63,715 nucleotides of DNA from a virus: IMG/VR virus record IMGVR_UViG_3300048929_000143, positions 1-63,715 of that record; one strand, written 5' to 3'. The position numbers were made by a program, and so were the translations under genes. The notes beneath the pieces were generated by a model. The model made no database searches and had not been told where the DNA came from. It worked only from the letters and a program-made list of their open reading frames with translations. Positions within the stretch are counted from its first letter, which is position 1. Every line of letters begins with the position of its first letter. Shown here piece by piece: positions 19,299 through 27,419 of the stretch.

Positions 19299-20333
19299 AT
19301 GCTTATGTGGATTGATGGTTTCGACCATTACACTGCCGTTGGCCAGACCGGTACCGTCGTCCAGAAGTACCTGGAAGCGGCGAACTACACCGTGCGTAAC
19401 CCAACCTCTACCACCCTGGCTATCGTTGACGGCCGCATCACTGGCCAGCGCGCCCTGCAGTTCTCGGTACCGGCCAGTTCGTCTACCGTGCCGTCTCTGT
19501 CGTGGGGTTACACTCCGGCGGTCGGGGCTACGAAGATTGTCTTCGGTTTCGCCATTAAGGCTACCGGCGCGCGTATGCGTGTCTGCCGTATCGAAGGCGG
19601 TGTTCTGGATCTCGACTGGGACGCCACGACCGGTAAGCTGAAAGTCGGTTCTACCCTGGGCGCGGCCGTTCTGATCCTGAACGCGTGGTACTTCATTGAA
19701 GTCGTGCTGGACACGCAGGCCAACACCATCACGGTGTACGCGAACGATGAACTGCAGTTAACCGTGCCGATGACTACCGCGCCGTCCAATCCGGTGACAA
19801 TCACCTGGGGGCAGACCGCTACTCAGACCGCCGCTGGCGTCCAGGTAATCGACGACCTGTATGTGCTGGACAACCAGACCGGTACCCGAATCGACCGCCT
19901 TGGTCCTTGCTCCGTGAACACGCGCTTCCCGACTGCAGACATCACGACGCAGTGGACGATTGTTCCGAATGGCGCGTCGCCGGCCCCGACCAATCATTAC
20001 GAAGTGGCCGCGCAGCTTGCACCGCTGGAAACGAACAAGCCGTACCTGCAGTCCAACGTCAATGGCAACACCGACGAGTTCCGTTCTAACGCCGTGCTGC
20101 CGAACAGCAACACGATCTACGGAGTGGGGCTGGTGGCGCTGGCGCGTAAAGGCGATCTGGATGACCGTAAACTCGGCCTTAAACTGACAGTCAACAGCAC
20201 TAGCGACGAGAAGCAGTTGTCGTTGATCGAGTCGAACAAGTATCTGCAGACTACCTACGAAACCCCTCCAGGTGGCGGTACGTGGTCACAGAACGCCGTT
20301 GAATCGGCAACCTTCGGCATCGTGACGCGCTAA
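19299..20333 (+). CDS. Paralog 3 of 5
   Basis: 344 aa; ..WIDGFDHY, WYFIEVVLD..ITVYAND, IDDLYVLDN, RFPTADITTQWT, LVALARKGDLDDR, ATFGIVTR; AGGAG RBS. Confidence 0.7.
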   Translation: MLMWIDGFDHYTAVGQTGTVVQKYLEAANYTVRNPTSTTLAIVDGRITGQRALQFSVPASSSTVPSLSWGYTPAVGATKIVFGFAIKATGARMRVCRIEGGVLDLDWDATTGKLKVGSTLGAAVLILNAWYFIEVVLDTQANTITVYANDELQLTVPMTTAPSNPVTITWGQTATQTAAGVQVIDDLYVLDNQTGTRIDRLGPCSVNTRFPTADITTQWTIVPNGASPAPTNHYEVAAQLAPLETNKPYLQSNVNGNTDEFRSNAVLPNSNTIYGVGLVALARKGDLDDRKLGLKLTVNSTSDEKQLSLIESNKYLQTTYETPPGGGTWSQNAVESATFGIVTR

Positions 20334-20342
20334 GGAGACACC

Positions 20343-21527
20343 ATGTCCGTATTACACGTGGACGGCTTTACTACCCTTGCTCGGCAGACTATCGCTTTCC
20401 CTAACGCCGTAACGACGGCGTTGGGGCAGGCGTCGCTTCTGTATAAGGCGGGCTGGCTTCCCTACAGCATCATTAACGGGACGTCGGCGGCATTCACGAA
20501 CACGCAGGCAATCATCCAGGCAGATCCGGTCTTTGCTACCCGCAACAAATTGAACCTGCGTAAAAACTCGTCCACGGCTTTTACCTGGCTGAGTGTGCTT
20601 ATGCAGGCAATCGAAACGACGCCGTATGACAAGTTTGTCATCGGCTTCATGTGCCAGTTTGTCCCGGCGGTATCCAGTGCGACGACCGGCCCATCCATTT
20701 GCGTATTCGACGGCTCAATGGTCACTGCGCCGCCAGCGAACTCAACGTCTACGCCTCCAGGTCTTCTCTGCCGGTTCTTCCTTCCAACTGACGGCGTGAC
20801 GTCTGGCATCGCGTATAGCGCGGCGGGAACGGAAACGGCGACGTCCGACCAACTGAAAGCGAACACCGACATCCACTTCGAAATCCTGGTGGAAACGGAC
20901 GTGCAGCGCTTGAGGGCATACGCTAACGGAATCCTCGTCCTGGATATCGCCTACACCGGCACGTTCAAAACGAAGAACGGTTTCGGAGTAGGCATGTGGA
21001 CTGGGAGCAACGCGAACAACGGCAACGGCGCCCACGACATGATCTTCTCAAACATGTACGTGCTTGGCGTTGATGCGGTTCATACCGGCGTTCTTGGTCC
21101 GGGCGCGCGCGTGCTGGAAGTCGCCCCGCAGACAGATTTCGCCGTGCAGTGGGATCGCCCCCTCGCCTATGCGTCAAACGCCGCTGTTCTGCAGCAGACG
21201 AATGACGTGACCAGTCCGGCCTACCTTACTGCCGGTTCGGCGGCCACCGACCTTTACGTGGGTCCGGATGCGGTAGCGGCAAACGCGGCTACGGTATACG
21301 GCGTTGCAGTAAAAGCCTACGGGATGACCATGGCCGACGGGACACATACGCTAACTGCTGCCACCCAGTATGACGGCACCAACGGGCAGAGTACGAAGAC
21401 CGGAACTCTCGTTCTCAGCACGATGACCAATTACGTGTTCGACGTTTCTCTGAACCCTAAAACCGGTTTAAAGTGGACGCCGAGCGAAGTGACCGCATCC
21501 GCAATGGGTATCAAACTTTTAAATTAA
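20343..21527 (+). CDS. Paralog 4 of 5 (more divergent)
   Basis: 394 aa; ..LHVDGFTTL, HFEILVE..LRAYANG, APQTDFAVQWDRP; AAGGAG RBS. Confidence 0.65.
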   Translation: MSVLHVDGFTTLARQTIAFPNAVTTALGQASLLYKAGWLPYSIINGTSAAFTNTQAIIQADPVFATRNKLNLRKNSSTAFTWLSVLMQAIETTPYDKFVIGFMCQFVPAVSSATTGPSICVFDGSMVTAPPANSTSTPPGLLCRFFLPTDGVTSGIAYSAAGTETATSDQLKANTDIHFEILVETDVQRLRAYANGILVLDIAYTGTFKTKNGFGVGMWTGSNANNGNGAHDMIFSNMYVLGVDAVHTGVLGPGARVLEVAPQTDFAVQWDRPLAYASNAAVLQQTNDVTSPAYLTAGSAATDLYVGPDAVAANAATVYGVAVKAYGMTMADGTHTLTAATQYDGTNGQSTKTGTLVLSTMTNYVFDVSLNPKTGLKWTPSEVTASAMGIKLLN

Positions 21528-21536
21528 GGGGCTACC

Positions 21537-22637
21537 GTGGGCGTCTATAAGATGGAAAACTTTAACGTGCCGGACATCGCGTCTCTTAATACGCGGGGTC
21601 TTAGCATCCCTGCGGATAATGGATTTGCGACAACGCAGATCGTCACGATGTCCGATACTACTCCAGCCGGAACGACCATTAACCGTCGCGGCCTTCGTAT
21701 CACCTACACCATCGGCAGTTCAGGAGGCAGTGGCCAGCTTTATGGATTGCCATTCCCTGCCAATGGTGAGGGGTATATGTCGTTTCGCCTGCGCGTTAAC
21801 AACAATGGCAGCGCCCGCATGGTGGCGTTTCGTCTGAACATGATTGCTGCAGCTACTAACGGCGTTAACACGACGTTCTGGTACATGAATAGCAACCTAT
21901 TCGGGCCAACCAGCAATGGCCAGCAGACTTCCGCGCAACCGGCGACGTTCAATTTCGCCTACGACAAGTTCTACACCGTCGAGATTTATCGATCGGCAAC
22001 CGGCGCGTACAAAGTATGGCTCGACGACTTCTTGCTGCAGGCACCCGCAGGGACATCGATCGTCACTCCAGCAACGGCAGGATTCCTGTACCTCCTTGTC
22101 AGCAACGTGACTACGGTATCCCCTCCACCGGCCATTACCGTGGACATGCTGGATTTCGTCTCCGTCGACCTTAGTAACCCAGGTCTGCAGTATCGCCCTG
22201 GAAGAACGAGCCGTATTCTTCCTGTGGCGGCAACGGCAGACGTGATTACGGAATGGACGGGAGGCGACGGCACCGCCCATTACAGCCAGCTATCCGATTT
22301 CACGAACACGGTCAATGCCACCGGATATATCACGGCCAATGTTGTCGGTAAGCGCGAGCAGTATCAGCAGGGCGGTGTCCTGGCTGGCTTTGAATCGCTG
22401 CAGCAGGTATTGTCTGTGGGGGCGGAATCCTATCTCGGAAACTTCGGCGGGGCATCACATACCCTGACCACCGAAGCGAACTTCGGGGCCGGCACCGTTT
22501 CAACAGGGGACATCATGCTGGCGCCGACCGGTTCCTATGTTTATCGCCCTCTGTATCTTGATAAAAAACCTGACGGAAGTAACTGGACGATCGCAGACCT
22601 GTCTACCGTGAAGACCGGTTTCTCCATTAAATCGTAG
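21537..22637 (+). CDS. Paralog 5 of 5 (most divergent)
   Basis: 366 aa; GTG start 6 nt after AAGGGG; FYTVEIYRS..YKVWLDD, AATADVITEWTG; same length class and position. Confidence 0.6.
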   Translation: MGVYKMENFNVPDIASLNTRGLSIPADNGFATTQIVTMSDTTPAGTTINRRGLRITYTIGSSGGSGQLYGLPFPANGEGYMSFRLRVNNNGSARMVAFRLNMIAAATNGVNTTFWYMNSNLFGPTSNGQQTSAQPATFNFAYDKFYTVEIYRSATGAYKVWLDDFLLQAPAGTSIVTPATAGFLYLLVSNVTTVSPPPAITVDMLDFVSVDLSNPGLQYRPGRTSRILPVAATADVITEWTGGDGTAHYSQLSDFTNTVNATGYITANVVGKREQYQQGGVLAGFESLQQVLSVGAESYLGNFGGASHTLTTEANFGAGTVSTGDIMLAPTGSYVYRPLYLDKKPDGSNWTIADLSTVKTGFSIKS

Positions 22638-22646
22638 GGATCGCAG

Positions 22647-24764
22647 ATGGCCGAAGATATTAACGTCGCCAGTTACCGGCTGGTGGCGCTGACGTATAAA
22701 GGGGGCGGGGTAGATATTAACGGCGCGGTCCAGTCATCGCGCCTGGCTCTTATTTATTCTGACGCACCTAACTTCCGCATGGCGAGCTATCGTCTCGTTG
22801 CGCTGACGGCCGCCACCCGAAATCCGGATCTGAAAGCCGTCGTGTCCACCGAACGCGTGGGCTTAGTATATCTTGACGCCCCGACTTTCCGGATGGCTTC
22901 GTATCGCCTCACCGCCCTGACCGCCAGTACCCGGACCCCTGATTTTGTCGGACTCGTCCAGTCTTCCAGGTTAGGATTCATCATCCGGCCGCCAGCGGGC
23001 TTCGTGTCTACCGGCCGCCTGGCGTTCATCATTAATCAGGTGGAAACCGGACCGGCCGCATACGTGCCGCAGACGGTGCAGCAAGTCCACCAGCAGACCG
23101 CATTCCCTTCGACTGCCGATACAATCTCCACGACCCGCGCCGTGCAGGTAGTCCAGCGCGCCATCCAGCAAATCATTGCCCCGATGCCGTGGTCACAGAC
23201 GCGCGTGATGTCGGAAACCCTGCAGGTCGTGCAGCAGGCGGCGTACACGCCGCCGCAAAGCCTGATTAGCGCGATGTCCGAAGTAATGCAGGTTCTGCAG
23301 TCGGATATTCACCAGCACGTTCCGGTGTCGATGGACTACGTGATGCACAACGCTATGCAGGTGCTGCAGTCCGCCCCGCTGCCTATCTGGCAGTCTCCGC
23401 ATTACGCGCTGTCGCTGGCGCAGTGGGAGCTTTACCGCACTCCGATGGGCTTCCTGCCTCGCTCGACCACCACGGCGTACCACACGTCGCTGAAAGTCCT
23501 GCAGCAGACCGAAATGGGTTACATGCCGTGGTCAGATACCGACGTCAGCCAGGTGGCCATGAAGACCCTGTTCGACTACACGTCCCCGCTGCCGGATCAG
23601 GGTACAGACGAGGTGTATCAGGAAGTCATGGTGGCGCTGCAGCACACCGACGGCGAGCCGCTTATCGTTGGTCCTAACCTTGTTGGCCAGAACGCCATGC
23701 AGGTTGTCCAGTCTACGCCGCTGCCGGTGTGGCAGTCCGACACCCGCGCGCTGACCCTTGCGGAAATGGTGCTGCAGGAAGCGCTGTACGATCCGCCGTC
23801 CGACATTGGCAAGACCAACGCCATGCAGTCGGTCATGAAAGTGGCCATTGAGGACAAGGACTACGCGAACCCCGACATCATGCAGTCGCAGACCGTCGTG
23901 CCGCAGATGGCCATGAAGGCGTTGCAGTCCGCCCCGCTTCCTATCTGGACGTCTCCGGCCATTGTTCCGCAGGCGCACCTGGAATGGCTGCAGTGGACGA
24001 GCTACCCGTCTCCTGGCGATATGATCCCGCCGGTTAACGCCGCGCTGGCTTCTCAACTGGGAATCCAGACCCTGCAGCATTCCGATGTGGAACATCCGCA
24101 GTCGACTACTCGCGCCCTGCAGATGGCGCAACTGACATCGCAATACCTGTTCTACACTCCGGCGTCCGACCTCGCTGAAAAAGGGATTTTTATCGGACAA
24201 ATGGTGGAAGCGGTAGCAAGAAATGCGGTGTATCCTGATCCTGCTGAACCGATTTCACCCGTTTATTCCGACCAGATTTCCGTGATGACCGCATATACCG
24301 ACGACACGTATCCGGACCCGACAAAAGAAGCGCAGCCAGGTGAAGCGTTCCAGGTTGTCGAAACCATCGCGTCCGAAGTGGAATACCCTGATCCTGCAGT
24401 TAGCCCGGTGTGGGCGGAAGTAACGCAAGCAGTGGTACAAAAAGCAACCAGCGATACTTTCCCTGACCCGACGGTTCCGGTATCATCCGTGACCCTAACT
24501 CAAATTTCTATTCAGGCTTCCACCAGTGCCGATTATCCAGATCCGGCGAACCTGGTATCACCTGCAGAAGTTAGTCAGGCAATTACGCAGGTGTCCAAAG
24601 CTACATCGTTCCCGAATCCAGCTAATCCGGCTTCCACTCTAACTGTCGATATGGCGTTGCAGATGGTTGCACTACCAGACCCAACGCTGTATGGGGTACC
24701 AGATTATGCGATTAAACACCGTCCAATCATTACAATCAGCATCGTGTACATTCAAACGTCTTGA
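22647..24764 (+). CDS. Internally repetitive structural (fibre-like?) protein
   Basis: 705 aa with three repeat classes: 3 x ~38 aa (ASYRL.ALT...), several MQV(L/V)QS.PLP.W.S units, and 6 x (Y/F)P(D/N)P units. Confidence 0.7.
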   Translation: MAEDINVASYRLVALTYKGGGVDINGAVQSSRLALIYSDAPNFRMASYRLVALTAATRNPDLKAVVSTERVGLVYLDAPTFRMASYRLTALTASTRTPDFVGLVQSSRLGFIIRPPAGFVSTGRLAFIINQVETGPAAYVPQTVQQVHQQTAFPSTADTISTTRAVQVVQRAIQQIIAPMPWSQTRVMSETLQVVQQAAYTPPQSLISAMSEVMQVLQSDIHQHVPVSMDYVMHNAMQVLQSAPLPIWQSPHYALSLAQWELYRTPMGFLPRSTTTAYHTSLKVLQQTEMGYMPWSDTDVSQVAMKTLFDYTSPLPDQGTDEVYQEVMVALQHTDGEPLIVGPNLVGQNAMQVVQSTPLPVWQSDTRALTLAEMVLQEALYDPPSDIGKTNAMQSVMKVAIEDKDYANPDIMQSQTVVPQMAMKALQSAPLPIWTSPAIVPQAHLEWLQWTSYPSPGDMIPPVNAALASQLGIQTLQHSDVEHPQSTTRALQMAQLTSQYLFYTPASDLAEKGIFIGQMVEAVARNAVYPDPAEPISPVYSDQISVMTAYTDDTYPDPTKEAQPGEAFQVVETIASEVEYPDPAVSPVWAEVTQAVVQKATSDTFPDPTVPVSSVTLTQISIQASTSADYPDPANLVSPAEVSQAITQVSKATSFPNPANPASTLTVDMALQMVALPDPTLYGVPDYAIKHRPIITISIVYIQTS

Positions 24765-24810
24765 GGTACTATTTAGGCGCGGACTACGCAATGCAACAGG
24801 GGGGTTATTT

Positions 24811-25089
24811 GTGAGCGACATTCCAGCGGGGGGTGCGCGCGAAAAAGTGAACTGGATTTCGTTAATCGGTGTCGTGGTTACGATTCTCAGTTTAGGCGCG
24901 GCGGGGCTGCAGTATATCGGCACCGTCAACGCTAAAGCGGATTTCGCGCTCGCGCAGATCTCAGAAATGAAAACGCAGCAGCGACAGTCTTCGGCAGATA
25001 CGCGAGATGACCTTAAAAGCATCAACGCTAAACTGGATAACCTTATCCTGACTGTCGGCCGAAATGGGACAACTAACGGGAAATACTAA
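24811..25089 (+). CDS. Single-TM membrane protein, holin candidate
   Basis: GTG 24811 after AGGGGGG; 92 aa with one TM (WISLIGVVVTILSLGAAGL) and a charged coiled tail; TAATG overlap with the next gene. Confidence 0.45.
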   Translation: MSDIPAGGAREKVNWISLIGVVVTILSLGAAGLQYIGTVNAKADFALAQISEMKTQQRQSSADTRDDLKSINAKLDNLILTVGRNGTTNGKY

Positions 25090-25790
25090 TGGCTAAAAAC
25101 TTACCGCGCGGGGTGAGAAACAATAACCCTGGGAACATTGAATGGGGATCACCATGGCAGGGCTTAGTCCCTGCGAGTCAGAAGACCGACCCACGATTCG
25201 CACAATTCGTTGACCCTGTCAGCGGCATCCGTGCAATCGCGGTGACGTTGATCACGTACTACGACAAGCGCAAGGCTAACGACGGCAGCAAGATTGACTC
25301 GGTACGCGAGGTGATCGAGCGCTGGGCGCCAGCCAAGGAAAACAACGTCACTGCTTACGCCAAGCAAGTGGCCGCGCTCCTGAACGTCGACCCGAACGCC
25401 GAAATCCTGAACATGCACGATTACAATACGCTGCGCGGGCTGGTGGAAGGCATCATTCGCCATGAAAACGGGAACGGTCCTCTGTCGAACGGAAATTCCT
25501 GGTACAAAGACGATGTCATCCAGGAAGCGCTGCGCCGTGCCGGTGTCGTGCCTTCCGAGAAGAAAGTCGTCACCACTACCACCGTGGCCGCGACAGCGAC
25601 TGCAGGTGTGGCCATCGACCAACTGGCGGGCGTTATCCCGCAGGTCACAGCGGCGATCAACAACAGCCGTGACGACCTGACCTCCGGAGACTGGATGCGC
25701 ATCACCATCGGCGTCGTAATGGTGGGGGCGGCCGTCGCGCTGGCGTACTCCCACTGGCGTCGTCAGAAACTGTCCACGGCCGAGGCTTGA
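25089..25790 (+). CDS. Endolysin candidate (RNNNPGNI-motif family) with C-terminal TM anchor
   Basis: 233 aa; N-terminal GVRNNNPGNIEWG...RWAP..ENN motif family; C-terminal WMRITIGVVMVGAAVALAYSHW; sits between the holin-like and spanin genes. Confidence 0.5.
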   Translation: MAKNLPRGVRNNNPGNIEWGSPWQGLVPASQKTDPRFAQFVDPVSGIRAIAVTLITYYDKRKANDGSKIDSVREVIERWAPAKENNVTAYAKQVAALLNVDPNAEILNMHDYNTLRGLVEGIIRHENGNGPLSNGNSWYKDDVIQEALRRAGVVPSEKKVVTTTTVAATATAGVAIDQLAGVIPQVTAAINNSRDDLTSGDWMRITIGVVMVGAAVALAYSHWRRQKLSTAEA

Positions 25791-26035
25791 TGCTGACGTT
25801 CTGGTCGAAAATTAAGGGGTGGCTCATTGTAGCCGCCCTTTTCGTTGGCGGACTGGTTATGGCGTTCTATCGGGGCCGGCGCGACGGTGTCGAAGAACAG
25901 AAACAAAACCAGATGGCCAATGACTTCCAGGTTCATGTGGACGCGGAGAAGAAGATCAATGAGGCTAAACAAAAAGTGGATTCCATGTCTGATAGCGATC
26001 TCGACAAGCGCGCTGATGACTGGATGCGGGACTAA
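25790..26035 (+). CDS. i-spanin (Rz-like)
   Basis: 81 aa; N-terminal TM (GWLIVAALFVGGLVMAF), then a charged periplasmic domain; TGATG overlap with upstream gene. Confidence 0.7.
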   Translation: MLTFWSKIKGWLIVAALFVGGLVMAFYRGRRDGVEEQKQNQMANDFQVHVDAEKKINEAKQKVDSMSDSDLDKRADDWMRD

Positions 26036-26192
26036 GGCCACACTGGCACCCGCGTTCTGTTCGGTGGCCACGCCGATATACCCCAGTCGAAAAGACGTGC
26101 TGACGGACGGGACAAAGCGCCAGATTGTCCTGCATAATGAAACCGGCGTCGGCCTCTGCGGCTGGCAACCACCTAAACGAAAGGAGAAGTGA
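25959..26192 (+). CDS. o-spanin (Rz1-like lipoprotein), overlapping the i-spanin 3' end
   Basis: MRLNKKWIPCLIAISTSALMTGCG: signal sequence plus lipobox LMTG|C; +1 frame; overlaps the i-spanin by 77 nt. Confidence 0.7.
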   Translation: MRLNKKWIPCLIAISTSALMTGCGTKATLAPAFCSVATPIYPSRKDVLTDGTKRQIVLHNETGVGLCGWQPPKRKEK

Positions 26193-26193
26193 A

Positions 26194-26775
26194 ATGGCAG
26201 TCGACATTACCTCAATCATTCAGGCCGACACACCGGCGCAACTGCAGTCGAAGGTGACTGCGGCTATCGCGGATGGCAAACAGCCGGTTGGCTACCCGTT
26301 CGCAATTGGCCAGCAGTCCGGCGTGGTCAAACTGGTGCAGATGGTCGGCACCGGTACCGGCAACGCGATCACCGCGTACAAAGTGGTTGCCGAGCAGGAG
26401 ATCGATAAGTTCGCCACGGATCTGGAAACCGCGGTCAACGTGGCCAGTTCTCAGACCTATGGCTCGCTTATGCTGATGGGCGACACCTCGGCTTTCCGTC
26501 AGTACATTCAGGTCGTCGTTACCGGCACGGTAGCGGGCGGCGGCGGTGGTGGTTCTGTAACGCTTCCGGCTACCGGTACCGCTCAGGAACTTACGGCAGG
26601 CACGGTGACGGATACCCGCCTGTGGTCGCCGAAAGTGCTGCAGGACGCCTTCGATGCGAACCCTGCTGCCGGTACCGCGGGCGACCTTTCCACTGGCACC
26701 GATACCGCCGTGAAAGGATGGTCGGCGAAACTCATTCACGACGAGATTGCCCGACAAATTGCAGCAGCGCCGTAA
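26194..26775 (+). CDS. Small fibre-like protein with duplicated tail-fibre collar-type motif
   Basis: ATG 26194 after AAAGGAGAAG. Repeats ATGTAQELTAGTVTDTRLWSPKVLQDAF / AAGTAGDLSTGTDTAVKGWSAKLIHDEI; poly-Gly linker. Confidence 0.6.
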   Translation: MAVDITSIIQADTPAQLQSKVTAAIADGKQPVGYPFAIGQQSGVVKLVQMVGTGTGNAITAYKVVAEQEIDKFATDLETAVNVASSQTYGSLMLMGDTSAFRQYIQVVVTGTVAGGGGGGSVTLPATGTAQELTAGTVTDTRLWSPKVLQDAFDANPAAGTAGDLSTGTDTAVKGWSAKLIHDEIARQIAAAP

Positions 26776-26781
26776 ATAAAG

Positions 26782-26810
26782 AACCCCGCGATATGCGGGG
26801 TTTCTTTTTA
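26782..26810. terminator. Bidirectional terminator between convergent late and early blocks
   Basis: aaccccgc/gcggggtt stem (26782-26789/26795-26802) with T-runs on both strands. Confidence 0.8.
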
Positions 26811-27419
26811 CCAGTCTACCTTTTTACCGAACTCCGGAGATACGACCCGTCCAGGGTCATCGTCGGCCACACTCCACGTCGTGGTGTCCCGCGCCTTACC
26901 GAACTCGTCCATGGCCATACTGTCCCCGAACACCTTCACCGCGAACTGTTCGATGTGCCGGATTGACGCGTCGATGATTCCGCGATGGTGTTCGCTTTCC
27001 GCATCTATGGAGTACAGGTACGCGGTGTACGCGCCTAAACCCCTGGCGGTCAACAGCAGCGCGCCGTCTGGATCAGTGGCGTCATAGAAGGTCTTGGCCA
27101 CCGGCTCGAATTGGATGTCTTTGATGGTCTTACGGCCATCGCTGACGCCAGACGGTTCGCCTTCTCCGGTCAGACCGAACTTCTTGACGATCTCTTTCAC
27201 CAGGCGGGCGTGTTCTTCCATTTGACGGGCTACCGGTATGGAAGAATCGAACACAACCTTCATGGTCCGGCCGTCGTCCAGCAGCACGTCGAAATAAGCG
27301 CTCTCCTGCGGCGTGGCGGGCCAGTACGACCCAACTGTCGTAATGACGTCAATGTCCAGCAGAACGCCGCCCATGGCCGTGCCGCGGATGCCATTCGTGT
27401 TGATGTAGTGCCTGGCCAT
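26808..27419 (-). CDS. Hypothetical protein
   Basis: 203 aa; last gene of the leftward operon; start overlaps the upstream stop by 1 nt. Confidence 0.6.
   Translation of the reverse strand: MARHYINTNGIRGTAMGGVLLDIDVITTVGSYWPATPQESAYFDVLLDDGRTMKVVFDSSIPVARQMEEHARLVKEIVKKFGLTGEGEPSGVSDGRKTIKDIQFEPVAKTFYDATDPDGALLLTARGLGAYTAYLYSIDAESEHHRGIIDASIRHIEQFAVKVFGDSMAMDEFGKARDTTTWSVADDDPGRVVSPEFGKKVDW

Noticed and set aside
17372-24764. Diversity-generating retroelement acting on the paralog array or repetitive protein
   Set aside because: No reverse transcriptase ORF (no YxDD-type motif protein) and no template/variable repeat pair at the DNA level could be seen. The paralogs differ throughout, not only at adenine-templated positions.
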